Below, one piece after another: positions 12,219 through 23,933 of a stretch of DNA of 64,000 nt. Source of the DNA: Eledone cirrhosa (lineage: Eukaryota). Both the position numbers and the translations under genes were made by a program. The stretch is taken from positions 5,394,001-5,458,000 of the forward strand of contig OZ024741.1 of the NCBI GenBank assembly GCA_964016885.1. The letters run 5' to 3'. Under the pieces are notes generated by a model, which made no database searches, had not been told where the DNA came from, and saw only the letters and a list, made by a program, of their open reading frames with translations. Within the stretch, counting starts at the first letter, position 1, and each line of letters begins with the position of its first letter.

Positions 12219-15200
12219 GTGGTCCACTTGAGGAGGTTATTACAGTGGTCCACTTTAGGTTATTACAGTGGTCCACATGAGGTTATTACAGTGGTCCACT
12301 TGAGGAGGTTATTACAGTGGTCCACTTCAGGTTATTACAGTGGTGCACTTGAGGAGCCTATTACAGTGGTCCACTTGAGGTTATTAAAGTGGTCCACTTG
12401 AGGAGGTTATTACAGTGGTACATTTTAGGTGGCTATTACAGTGGTCCACTTGAGGAGGTTATTACAGTGGTCCACTTGAGGAGGTTATTACAGTGGTCCA
12501 CTTGAGGAGGTTATTACAGTGGTCCACTTGAGGTTATTACAGTGGTCCACGTGAGGAGGCTATTACAGTGGTCCACTTGAGGTGGCTATTACAGTGGTCC
12601 ACTTGACGAGGTTATTACGGTGGTCCACTTGAGGAGGCTATTACAGTGGTCCACTTGAGGAGGCTATTACAGAGGTCCACTTGAGGTGGCTATTACAGTG
12701 GTCCACTTGAGGTTATTACAGTGGTCCACTTGAGGAGGTTATTACAGTGGTCCACTTGAGGTTATTACAGTGGTCCACGTGAGGAGGCTATTACAGTGGT
12801 CCACTTGAGGAGGCTATTACAGTGGTCCACTTGAGGAGGCTATTACAGTGGTCCACTTGAGGTTATTACAGTGGTCCACTTGAGTAGGCTATTACAGAGG
12901 TCCACTTGAGGTTATTACAGTGGTCCACTTGAGGTTATTACAGTGGTCTTCTTGATGTTATTACAGTGGTCCACTTGAAGTTATTACAGTGGTCCACTTG
13001 AGGAGGCTATTACAGAGGTCCACTTGAGATTATTACAGTGGTCCACTTGAGGAGGTTATTACAGTGGTCCACTTAAGGAGGTTATTACAGTGGTCCACTT
13101 GAGGAGACTATTACAGTGGTTCACTTGAGGAGGTTATTACAGTGGTCCACTTGAGGAGGTTATTACAGTGGTCCACTTGAGGTTATTACAGTGGTCCAAT
13201 TGAGGAGGTTATTACAGTGGTCCACTTGAGGAGGCTATTACAGTGGTCCATTTGAGGTTATTACAGTGGTCCACTTGAGGAGGTTATTACAGTGGTCCAC
13301 TTGAGGTTATTACAGTGGTCCACTTGAGGTTATTACAGTTGTCCACTTGAGGTTATTACAGTGGTCCACTTGAGGAGGCTATTACAGTGGTCCACTTGAG
13401 GTTATTACAGTGATCCACTTGAGGAGGTTATTACAGTGGTCCACTTGAGGTTATTACAGTGGTCCACTTGAGGTTATTACAGTTGTCCACTTGAGGAGGC
13501 TATTACAGTGGTCCACTTGAGGTTATTACAGTTGTCCACTTGAGGAAGCTATTACAGTGGTCCACTTGAGGTTATTACAGTGGTCCACTTGAGGAAGCTA
13601 TTACAGTGGTCCACTTGAGGTTATTACAGTGGTCCACTTGAGGTTATTACAGTGGTCCACTTGAGGAGGTTATTACAGTGGTCCACTTGAGGAGGCTAGT
13701 ACAGTGGTCCACTTGAGGTTATTACAGTGGTCCACTTGAGGAGGTTATTACAGTGGTCCACTTGAGGAGGTTATTACAGTGGTCCACTTGAGGTTAATAC
13801 AGAGGTCCACTTGAGGAGGTTATTACAGTGGTCCACTTGAGGTTATTACAGTGGTCCATTTGAGGAGGTTATTACAGTGGTCCACTTGAGGAGGTTATTA
13901 CAGTGGTCCACTTGAGGTTATTACAGTGGTCCACTTCAGGAGGCTATTACAGTGGTCCACTTGAAGAGGCTATTACAGTGGTCCACTTGAGAAGGTTATT
14001 ACAGTGGTCCTCTTGAGGTTATTACAGTGGTCCACTTGAGGAGGCTATTAGAGTGGTCCACTTGAGGAGGTTATTACAGTGGTCCACTTGAGAAGGTTAT
14101 TACAGTGGTTCACTTGAGGTTATTACAGTGGTCAACTTGAGGAGGCTATTACAGTGGTCCACTTGAGGTGGTTATTACAGCGGTCCACTTGAGGTTATTA
14201 CAGTGGTCCACTTGAGGCTATTACAGTGGTCCACTTGCGGAGGCTATTACAGAGGTCCACTTGAGGAGGTTATTATAGGGGTCCACTTGAGGTGGTTATT
14301 ACAGTGGTCCACTTGAGAAGGTTATTACGGTGGTCCAGTTTAGGTTATTACAGTGGTCCACTTGTGGAGGTTATTACAGTGGTCAACTTGAGGTTATTAC
14401 AGTGGTCCACTTGAGGAGGTTATTACAGTGGTCCACTTGAAGAGGTTATTACAGTGGTCCACTTGAGGTTATTACAGTGGTCCACTTGAGGAGGTTATTA
14501 CAGTGGTCCACTTCAGGTTATTACAGTGGTCCACTTGAGGTGGCTATTACAGTGGTCCACTTGATGAGGCTATTACAGTGGTCCACTTGAGGAGGTTATT
14601 ACAGTGGTCCACTTGAGGAGGTTATTACAGTGGTCCACTTGAGGTGGCTATTACAGTGGTTCACTTGAGGTTATTACAGTGGTCCAATTGAGGAGGTTAT
14701 TACAGTGGTCCACTTGAGGTTATTACAGTGGTCCAATTGAGGAGGTTATTACAGTGGTCCACTTGAGGAGGTTATTACAGTGGTCCACTTGAGGTTATTA
14801 CAGTGTTCCACTTGAGGTGGTTACTACAGTGGTCCACTTGAGGAGGTTATTACAGTGGTCCACTTGAGGTTATTACAGTGGTCCACTTGAGGACGCTATT
14901 ACAGTGGTCCACTTAAGGTTATTACAGTGGTCCACTTGAGGAGGTTATTACAGTGGTCCACTTGAGGCTATTACAGTGGTCCACTTGAGGAGGCCATTAC
15001 AGTGGTCCACTTGAGGTTATTACAGTGGTCCACTTGAGGAGGCTATTACAGCGGTCCACTTGAGGTTATTACAGTGGTCCACTTGAGGTTATTACAGTGG
15101 TCCACTTGAGGAGGCTATTACAGTGGTCCACTTGAGAAGGTTATTACAGTGGCCCACTTGAGGTTATAACAGTGGTCCACTTGAGGATGTTTTTAGAGTT

Positions 15201-16783
15201 GTCCACTTGAGGAGGTTATTACAGTGGTCCAATTGAGAAGGGTATTACAGTGGTCCACTTGAGGAGGCTATTACAGTGGTCCACTTGAGAAGGTCATTAC
15301 AGTGGCCCACTTGAGGTTATTACAGTGGTCCACTTGAGGATGTTTTTAGAGTTGTCCACTTGAGGAGGTTATTACAGTGGTCCAATTGAGAAGGTTATTA
15401 CAGTGGTCCACTTGAGGTCATTACAGTGGTCCACTTGAGGTGGTTATTACAGCGGTCCACTTGAGGTTATTAAAGTAGTCCAATTGAGGTTATTACAGTG
15501 GTCCACTTGAGGTTATTCCAGTGGTCCACTTGAGGAGGTTATTACAGTGGTCCTCTTGAGGTTATTACAGTGGTCCACTTGAGGTTATTACAGTGGTCCA
15601 CTTGTAGGGGTTATTACAGTGGTGCACATTAGGTTATTACAGTGGTCCACATGAGGTGGTTATTACAGTGGTCCACTTGAGGAGGTTATTACAGTGGTCC
15701 ACTTGAGGTTATTACAGTGGTCCACTTGAGGTTATTACAGTGGTCCACTTGAGAAGGTTATTACAGTGGTCCACTTGAGGAGGTTATTACAATGGTCCAC
15801 TTGGGGAGGTTATTACAGTGGTCCACATGAGGTGGCTATTACAGTGGTCCACTTGAGGAGGTTATTACAGTGGTCCACTTGAGGTTATTACAGTGGTCCA
15901 CTTGAGGTTATTACAGTGGTCCACTTGAGAAGGTTATTACAGTGGTCCACTTGAGGAGGTCATTACAGTGGTCCACTTGAGGTGGTTATTACAGCGGTCC
16001 ACTTGAGGTTATTAAAGTAGTCCAATTGAGGTTATTACAGTGGTCCACTTGAGGTTATTCCAGTGGTCCACTTGAGGAGGTTATTACAGTGGTCCACTTG
16101 AGGTTATTACAGTGGTCCACTTGAGGTTATTACAGTGGTCCACTTGTAGGGGTTATTACAGTGGTGCACATCAGGTTATTACAGTGGTCCACATGAGGTG
16201 GCTATTACAGTGGTCCACTTGAGGAGGTTATTACAGTGGTCCACTTGAGGTTATTACAGTGGTCCACTTGAGGTTATTACAGTGGTCCACTTGAGAAGGT
16301 TATTACAGTGGTCCACTTGAGGAGGTTATTACAATGGTCCACTTGGGGAGGTTATTACAGTGGTCCTCTTGAGGAGGCTATTACAGTGGTCCACTTGATG
16401 TTATTACAGTCGTCCACTTGAGGAGGTTATTACAGTGGTCCACTTGAGGAGGCTATTACAGTGGTCCACTTGAGGTTATTACAGTGGTCCACTTGAGGAG
16501 GTTATTACAGTGGTCCACTTGAGGAGGTTATTACAGTGGTCCACTTGAGGTTAATACAGAGGTCCACTTGAGGAGGTTATTACAGTGGTCCACTTGAGGT
16601 TATTACAGTGGTCCATTTGAGGAGGTTATTACAGTGGTCCACTTGAGGAGGTTATTACAGTGGTCCACTTGAGGTTATTACAGTGGTCCACTTGTAGAGG
16701 TTATTACAGTGGTGCACTTCAGGTTATTACAGTGATCCACATGAGGATTTTATTACAGTGGTCCACTTGAGGTAGCTATTACA
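12219..16783 (+). repeat. Higher-order block Y, copy 1 (4,565 bp)
   Basis: Landmark spacing. Y-specific markers are GGCTAGTACAG (~13694) and TTGATGAGGCT (14561). Confidence 0.85.
15417..16366 (+). repeat. 542-bp-period (22-monomer) internal duplication
   Basis: TAAAGTAGTCCAATT at 15471/16013 and TTGTAGGGG at 15602/16144. Also TTGTAGGGG at 4500/5042, and the same doublet in Z, W, Y', W' and Y''. Confidence 0.88.
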
Positions 16784-19523
16784 GTGGTCCACTTGAGGAG
16801 GTTATTACAGTGGTCCACTTTAGGTTATTACAGTGGTCCACCTGAGGTTATTACAGTGGTCCACGTGAGGAGGCTATTACAGTGGTCCACTTGAGGTGGC
16901 TATTACAGTGGTCCACTTGACGAGGTTATTACGGTGGTCCACTTGAGGAGGCTATTACAGTGGTCCACTTGAGGAGGCTATTACAGAGGTCCACTTGAGG
17001 TGGTTATTACAGTGGTCCACTTGAGGTTATTACAGTGGTCCACTTGAGGAGGTTATTACAGTGGTCCACTTGAGGTTATTACAGTGGTCCACGTGAGGAG
17101 GCTATTACAGTGGTCCACTTGAGGAGGCTATTACAGTGGTCCACTTCAGGTTATTACAGTGGTGCACTTGAGGAGCCTATTACAGTGGTCCACTTGAGGT
17201 TATTAAAGTGGTCCACTTGAGGATGTTATTACAGTGGTACAGCTTAGGTGGCTATTACAGTGGTCCACTTGAGGAGGTTATTACAGTGGTCCACTTGAGG
17301 AGGTTATTACAGTGGTCCACTTGAGGAGGTTATTACAGTGGTCCACTTGAGGTTATTACAGTGGTCCACGTGAGGAGGCTATTACAGTGGTCCACTTGAG
17401 GTGGCTATTACAGTGGTCCACTTGACGAGGTTATTACGGTGGTCCACTTGAGGAGGCTATTACAGTGGTCAACTTGAGGTGGCTATTACAGTGGTCCACT
17501 TGAGGTTATTACAGTGGTCCACTTGAGGAGGTTATTACAGTGGTTCACTTGAGGTTATTACAGTGGTCCACGTGAGGAGGCTATTACAGTGGTCCACTTG
17601 AGGAGGCTATTACAGTGGTCCACTTGAGGAGGCTATTACAGTGGTCCACTTGAGGTTATTACAGTTGTCCACTTGAGGAAGCTATTACAGTGGTCCACTT
17701 GAGGTTATTACAGTGGTCCACTTGAGGAAGCTATTACAGTGGTCCACTTGAGGTTATTACAGTGGTCCACTTGAGGAGGCTATTACAGTGGTCCACTTGA
17801 GGTTATTACAGTGGTCCACTTGAGGAGGTTATTACAGTGGTCCACTTGAGGAGGCTATTACAGTGGTCCACTTGAGAAGGTTATTACAGTGGCCCACTTG
17901 AGGTTATAACAGTGGTCCACTTGAGGATGTTTTTAGAGTTGTCCACTTGAGGAGGTTATTACAGTGGTCCAATTGAGAAGGGTATTACAGTGGTCCACTT
18001 GAGGAGGCTATTACAGTGGTCCACTTGAGAAGGTCATTACAGTGGCCCACTTGAGGTTATTACAGTGGTCCACTTGAGGATGTTTTTAGAGTTGTCCACT
18101 TGAGGAGGTTATTACAGTGGTCCAATTGAGAAGGTTATTACAGTGGTCCACTTGAGGTCATTACAGTGGTCCACTTGAGGTGGTTATTACAGCGGTCCAC
18201 TTGAGGTTATTAAAGTAGTCCAATTGAGGTTATTACAGTGGTCCACTTGAGGTTATTCCAGTGGTCCACTTGAGGAGGTTATTACAGTGGTCCACTTGAG
18301 GTTATTACAGTGGTCCACTTGAGGTTATTACAGTGGTCCACTTGTAGGGGTTATTACAGTGGTGCACATCAGGTTATTACAGTGGTCCACATGAGGTGGC
18401 TATTACAGTGGTCCACTTGAGGAGGTTATTACAGTGGTCCACTTGAGGTTATTACAGTGGTCCACTTGAGGTTATTACAGTGGTCCACTTGAGAAGGTTA
18501 TTACAGTGGTCCACTTGAGGAGGTTATTACAATGGTCCACTTGGGGAGGTTATTACAGTGGTCCACATGAGGTGGCTATTACAGTGGTCCACTTGAGGAG
18601 GTTATTACAGTGGTCCACTTGAGGTTATTACAGTGGTCCACTTGAGGTTATTACAGTGGTCCACTTGAGAAGGTTATTACAGTGGTCCACTTGAGGAGGT
18701 CATTACAGTGGTCCACTTGAGGTGGTTATTACAGCGGTCCACTTGAGGTTATTAAAGTAGTCCAATTGAGGTTATTACAGTGGTCCACTTGAGGTTATTC
18801 CAGTGGTCCACTTGAGGAGGTTATTACAGTGGTCCACTTGAGGTTATTACAGTGGTCCACTTGAGGTTATTACAGTGGTCCACTTGTAGGGGTTATTACA
18901 GTGGTGCACATCAGGTTATTACAGTGGTCCACATGAGGTGGCTATTACAGTGGTCCACTTGAGGAGGTTATTACAGTGGTCCACTTGAGGTTATTACAGT
19001 GGTCCACTTGAGGTTATTACAGTGGTCCACTTGAGAAGGTTATTACAGTGGTCCACTTGAGGAGGTTATTACAATGGTCCACTTGGGGAGGTTATTACAG
19101 TGGTCCTCTTGAGGAGGCTATTACAGTGGTCCACTTGATGTTATTACAGTCGTCCACTTGAGGAGGTTATTACAGTGGTCCACTTGAGGAGGCTATTACA
19201 GTGGTCCACTTGAGGTTATTACAGTGGTCCACTTGAGGAGGTTATTACAGTGGTCCACTTGAGGAGGTTATTACAGTGGTCCACTTGAGGTTAATACAGA
19301 GGTCCACTTGAGGAGGTTATTACAGTGGTCCACTTGAGGTTATTACAGTGGTCCATTTGAGGAGGTTATTACAGTGGTCCACTTGAGGAGGTTATTACAG
19401 TGGTCCACTTGAGGTTATTACAGTGGTCCACTTGTAGAGGTTATTACAGTGGTGCACTTCAGGTTATTACAGTGATCCACATGAGGATTTTATTACAGTG
19501 GTCCACTTGAGGTAGCTATTACA
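16784..19523 (+). repeat. Block Z (2,740 bp), an internally deleted derivative of block W
   Basis: GGTAGCTATT at 16771 and 19511; GATGTTTTTAGAG at 15186 and 17926 (both +2,740). Shares W markers such as GGTACAGCTTAGG. Confidence 0.85.
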
Positions 19524-22500
19524 GTGGTCCACTTGAGGAGGTTATTACAGTGGTCCACTTTAGGTTATTACAGTGGTCCACCTGAGGTTATTACAGTGGT
19601 CCACTTGAGGAGGTTATTACAGTGGTCCACTTCAGGTTATTACAGTGGTGCACTTGAGGAGCCTATTACAGTGGTCCACTTGAGGTTATTAAAGTGGTCC
19701 ACTTGAGGAGGTTATTACAGTGGTATATTTTAGGTGGCTATTACAGTGGTCCACTTGAGGAGGTTATTACAGTGGTCCACTTGAGGAGGTTATTACAGTG
19801 GTCCACTTGAGGAGGTTATTACAGTGGTCCACTTGAGGTTATTACAGTGGTCCACGTGAGGAGGCTATTACAGTGGTCCACTTGAGGTGGCTATTACAGT
19901 GGTCCACTTGACGAGGTTATTACGGTGGTCCACTTGAGGAGGCTATTACAGTGGTCCACTTGAGGAGGCTATTACAGAGGTCCACTTGAGGTGGTTATTA
20001 CAGTGGTCCACTTGAGGTTATTACAGTGGTCCACTTGAGGAGGTTATTACAGTGGTCCACTTGAGGTTATTACAGTGGTCCACGTGAGGAGGCTATTACA
20101 GTGGTCCACTTGAGGAGGCTATTACAGTGGTCCACTTCAGGTTATTACAGTGGTGCACTTGAGGAGCCTATTACAGTGGTCCACTTGAGGTTATTAAAGT
20201 GGTCCACTTGAGGATGTTATTACAGTGGTACAGCTTAGGTGGCTATTACAGTGGTCCACTTGAGGAGGTTATTACAGTGGTCCACTTGAGGAGGTTATTA
20301 CAGTGGTCCACTTGAGGAGGTTATTACAGTGGTCCACTTGAGGTTATTACAGTGGTCCACGTGAGGAGGCTATTACAGTGGTCCACTTGAGGTGGCTATT
20401 ACAGTGGTCCACTTGACGAGGTTATTACGGTGGTCCACTTGAGGAGGCTATTACAGTGGTCAACTTGAGGTGGCTATTACAGTGGTCCACTTGAGGTTAT
20501 TACAGTGGTCCACTTGAGGAGGTTATTACAGTGGTTCACTTGAGGTTATTACAGTGGTCCACGTGAGGAGGCTATTACAGTGGTCCACTTGAGGAGGCTA
20601 TTACAGTGGTCCACTTGAGGAGGCTATTACAGTGGTCCACTTGAGGTTATTACAGTTGTCCACTTGAGGAAGCTATTACAGTGGTCCACTTGAGGTTATT
20701 ACAGTGGTCCACTTGAGGAAGCTATTACAGTGGTCCACTTGAGGTTATTACAGTGGTCCACTTGAGGAGGCTATTACAGTGGTCCACTTGAGGTTATTAC
20801 AGTGGTCCACTTGAGGAGGTTATTACAGTGGTCCACTTGAGGAGGCTATTACAGTGGTCCACTTGAGGTTATTACAGTGGTCCACTTGAGGAGGTTATTA
20901 CAGTGGTCCACTTGAGGAGGTTATTACAGTGGTCCACTTGAGGTTAATACAGAGGTCCACTTGAGGAGGTTATTACAGTGGTCCACTTGAGGTTATTACA
21001 GTGGTCCATTTGAGGAGGTTATTACAGTGGTCCACTTGAGGAGGTTATTACAGTGGTCCACTTGAGGTTATTACAGTGGTCCACTTCAGGAGGCTATTAC
21101 AGTGGTCCACTTGAAGAGGCTATTACAGTGGTCCACTTGAGAAGGTTATTACAGTGGTCCTCTTGAGGTTATTACAGTGGTCCACTTGAGGAGGCTATTA
21201 GAGTGGTCCACTTGAGGAGGTTATTACAGTGGTCCACTTGAGAAGGTTATTACAGTGGTTCACTTGAGGTTATTACAGTGGTCAACTTGAGGAGGCTATT
21301 ACAGTGGTCCACTTGAGGTGGTTATTACAGCGGTCCACTTGAGGTTATTACAGTGGTCCACTTGAGGCTATTACAGTGGTCCACTTGCGGAGGCTATTAC
21401 AGAGGTCCACTTGAGGAGGTTATTATAGGGGTCCACTTGAGGTGGTTATTACAGTGGTCCACTTGAGAAGGTTATTACGGTGGTCCAGTTTAGGTTATTA
21501 CAGTGGTCCACTTGTGGAGGTTATTACAGTGGTCAACTTGAGGTTATTACAGTGGTCCACTTGAGGAGGTTATTACAGTGGTCCACTTGAAGAGGTTATT
21601 ACAGTGGTCCACTTGAGGTTATTACAGTGGTCCACTTGAGGAGGTTATTACAGTGGTCCACTTCAGGTTATTACAGTGGTCCACTTGAGGTGGCTATTAC
21701 AGTGGTCCACTTGAGGAGGCTATTACAGTGGTCCACTTGAGGAGGTTATTACAGTGGTCCACTTGAGGAGGTTATTACAGTGGTCCACTTGAGGTGGCTA
21801 TTACAGTGGTTCACTTGAGGTTATTACAGTGGTCCAATTGAGGAGGTTATTACAGTGGTCCACTTGAGGTTATTACAGTGGTCCAATTGAGGAGGTTATT
21901 ACAGTGGTCCACTTGAGGAGGTTATTACAGTGGTCCACTTGAGGTTATTACAGTGTTCCACTTGAGGTGGTTACTACAGTGGTCCACTTGAGGAGGTTAT
22001 TACAGTGGTCTACTTGAGGTTATTACAGTGGTCCACTTGAGGACGCTATTACAGTGGTCCACTTAAGGTTATTACAGTGGTCCACTTGAGGAGGTTATTA
22101 CAGTGGTCCACTTGAGGCTATTACAGTGGTCCACTTGAGGAGGCCATTACAGTGGTCCACTTGAGGTTATTACAGTGGTCCACTTGAGGAGGCTATTACA
22201 GCGGTCCACTTGAGGTTATTACAGTGGTCCACTTGAGGTTATTACAGTGGTCCACTTGAGGAGGCTATTACAGTGGTCCACTTGAGAAGGTTATTACAGT
22301 GGCCCACTTGAGGTTATAACAGTGGTCCACTTGAGGATGTTTTTAGAGTTGTCCACTTGAGGAGGTTATTACAGTGGTCCAATTGAGAAGGGTATTACAG
22401 TGGTCCACTTGAGGAGGCTATTACAGTGGTCCACTTGAGAAGGTCATTACAGTGGCCCACTTGAGGTTATTACAGTGGTCCACTTGAGGATGTTTTTAGA

Positions 22501-23933
22501 GTTGTCCACTTGAGGAGGTTATTACAGTGGTCCAATTGAGAAGGTTATTACAGTGGTCCACTTGAGGTCATTACAGTGGTCCACTTGAGGTGGTTATTAC
22601 AGCGGTCCACTTGAGGTTATTAAAGTAGTCCAATTGAGGTTATTACAGTGGTCCACTTGAGGTTATTCCAGTGGTCCACTTGAGGAGGTTATTACAGTGG
22701 TCCACTTGAGGTTATTACAGTGGTCCACTTGAGGTTATTACAGTGGTCCACTTGTAGGGGTTATTACAGTGGTGCACATCAGGTTATTACAGTGGTCCAC
22801 ATGAGGTGGCTATTACAGTGGTCCACTTGAGGAGGTTATTACAGTGGTCCACTTCAGGTTATTACAGTGGTCCACTTGAGGTTATTACAGTGGTCCACTT
22901 GAGAAGGTTATTACAGTGGTCCACTTGAGGAGGTTATTACAATGGTCCACTTGGGGAGGTTATTACAGTGGTCCACATGAGGTGGCTATTACAGTGGTCC
23001 ACTTGAGGAGGTTATTACAGTGGTCCACTTGAGGTTATTACAGTGGTCCACTTGAGGTTATTACAGTGGTCCACTTGAGAAGGTTATTACAGTGGTCCAC
23101 TTGAGGAGGTCATTACAGTGGTCCACTTGAGGTGGTTATTACAGCGGTCCAATTGAGGTTATTAAAGTAGTCCAATTGAGGTTATTACAGTGGTCCACTT
23201 GAGGTTATTCCAGTGGTCCACTTGAGGAGGTTATTACAGTGGTCCACTTGAGGTTATTACAGTGGTCCACTTGAGGTTATTACAGTGGTCCACTTGTAGG
23301 GGTTATTACAGTGGTGCACATCAGGTTATTACAGTGGTCCACATGAGGTGGCTATTACAGTGGTCCACTTGAGGAGGTTATTACAGTGGTCCACTTGAGG
23401 TTATTACAGTGGTCCACTTGAGGTAATTACAGTGGTCCACTTGAGAAGGTTATTACAGTGGTCCACTTGAGGAGGTTATTACAATGGTCCACTTGGGGAG
23501 GTTATTACAGTGGTCCTCTTGAGGAGGCTATTACAGTGGTCCACTTGATGTTATTACAGTCGTCCACTTGAGGAGGTTATTACAGTGGTCCACTTGAGGA
23601 GGCTATTACAGTGGTCCACTTGAGGTTATTACAGTGGTCCACTTGAGGAGGTTATTACAGTGGTCCACTTGAGGAGGTTATTACAGTGGTCCACTTGAGG
23701 TTAATACAGAGGTCCACTTGAGGAGGTTATTACAGTGGTCCACTTGAGGTTATTACAGTGGTCCATTTGAGGAGGTTATTACAGTGGTCCACTTGAGGAG
23801 GTTATTACAGTGGTCCACTTGAGGTTATTACAGTGGTCCACTTGTAGAGGTTATTACAGTGGTGCACTTCAGGTTATTACAGTGATCCACATGAGGATTT
23901 TATTACAGTGGTCCACTTGAGGTAGCTATTACA
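19524..23933 (+). repeat. Higher-order block W, copy 1 (4,410 bp)
   Basis: ORF landmarks 19524 and 23934; GATGTTTTT at 17926 and 22336 (+4,410); markers GGTATATTTT and GGTACAGCTT. Confidence 0.87.
19631..20640 (+). repeat. 505-bp-period (20-monomer) internal duplication
   Basis: AGCCTATT at 19660/20165 and ACGAGG at 19911/20416. Present at the heads of W and V copies. Confidence 0.88.
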
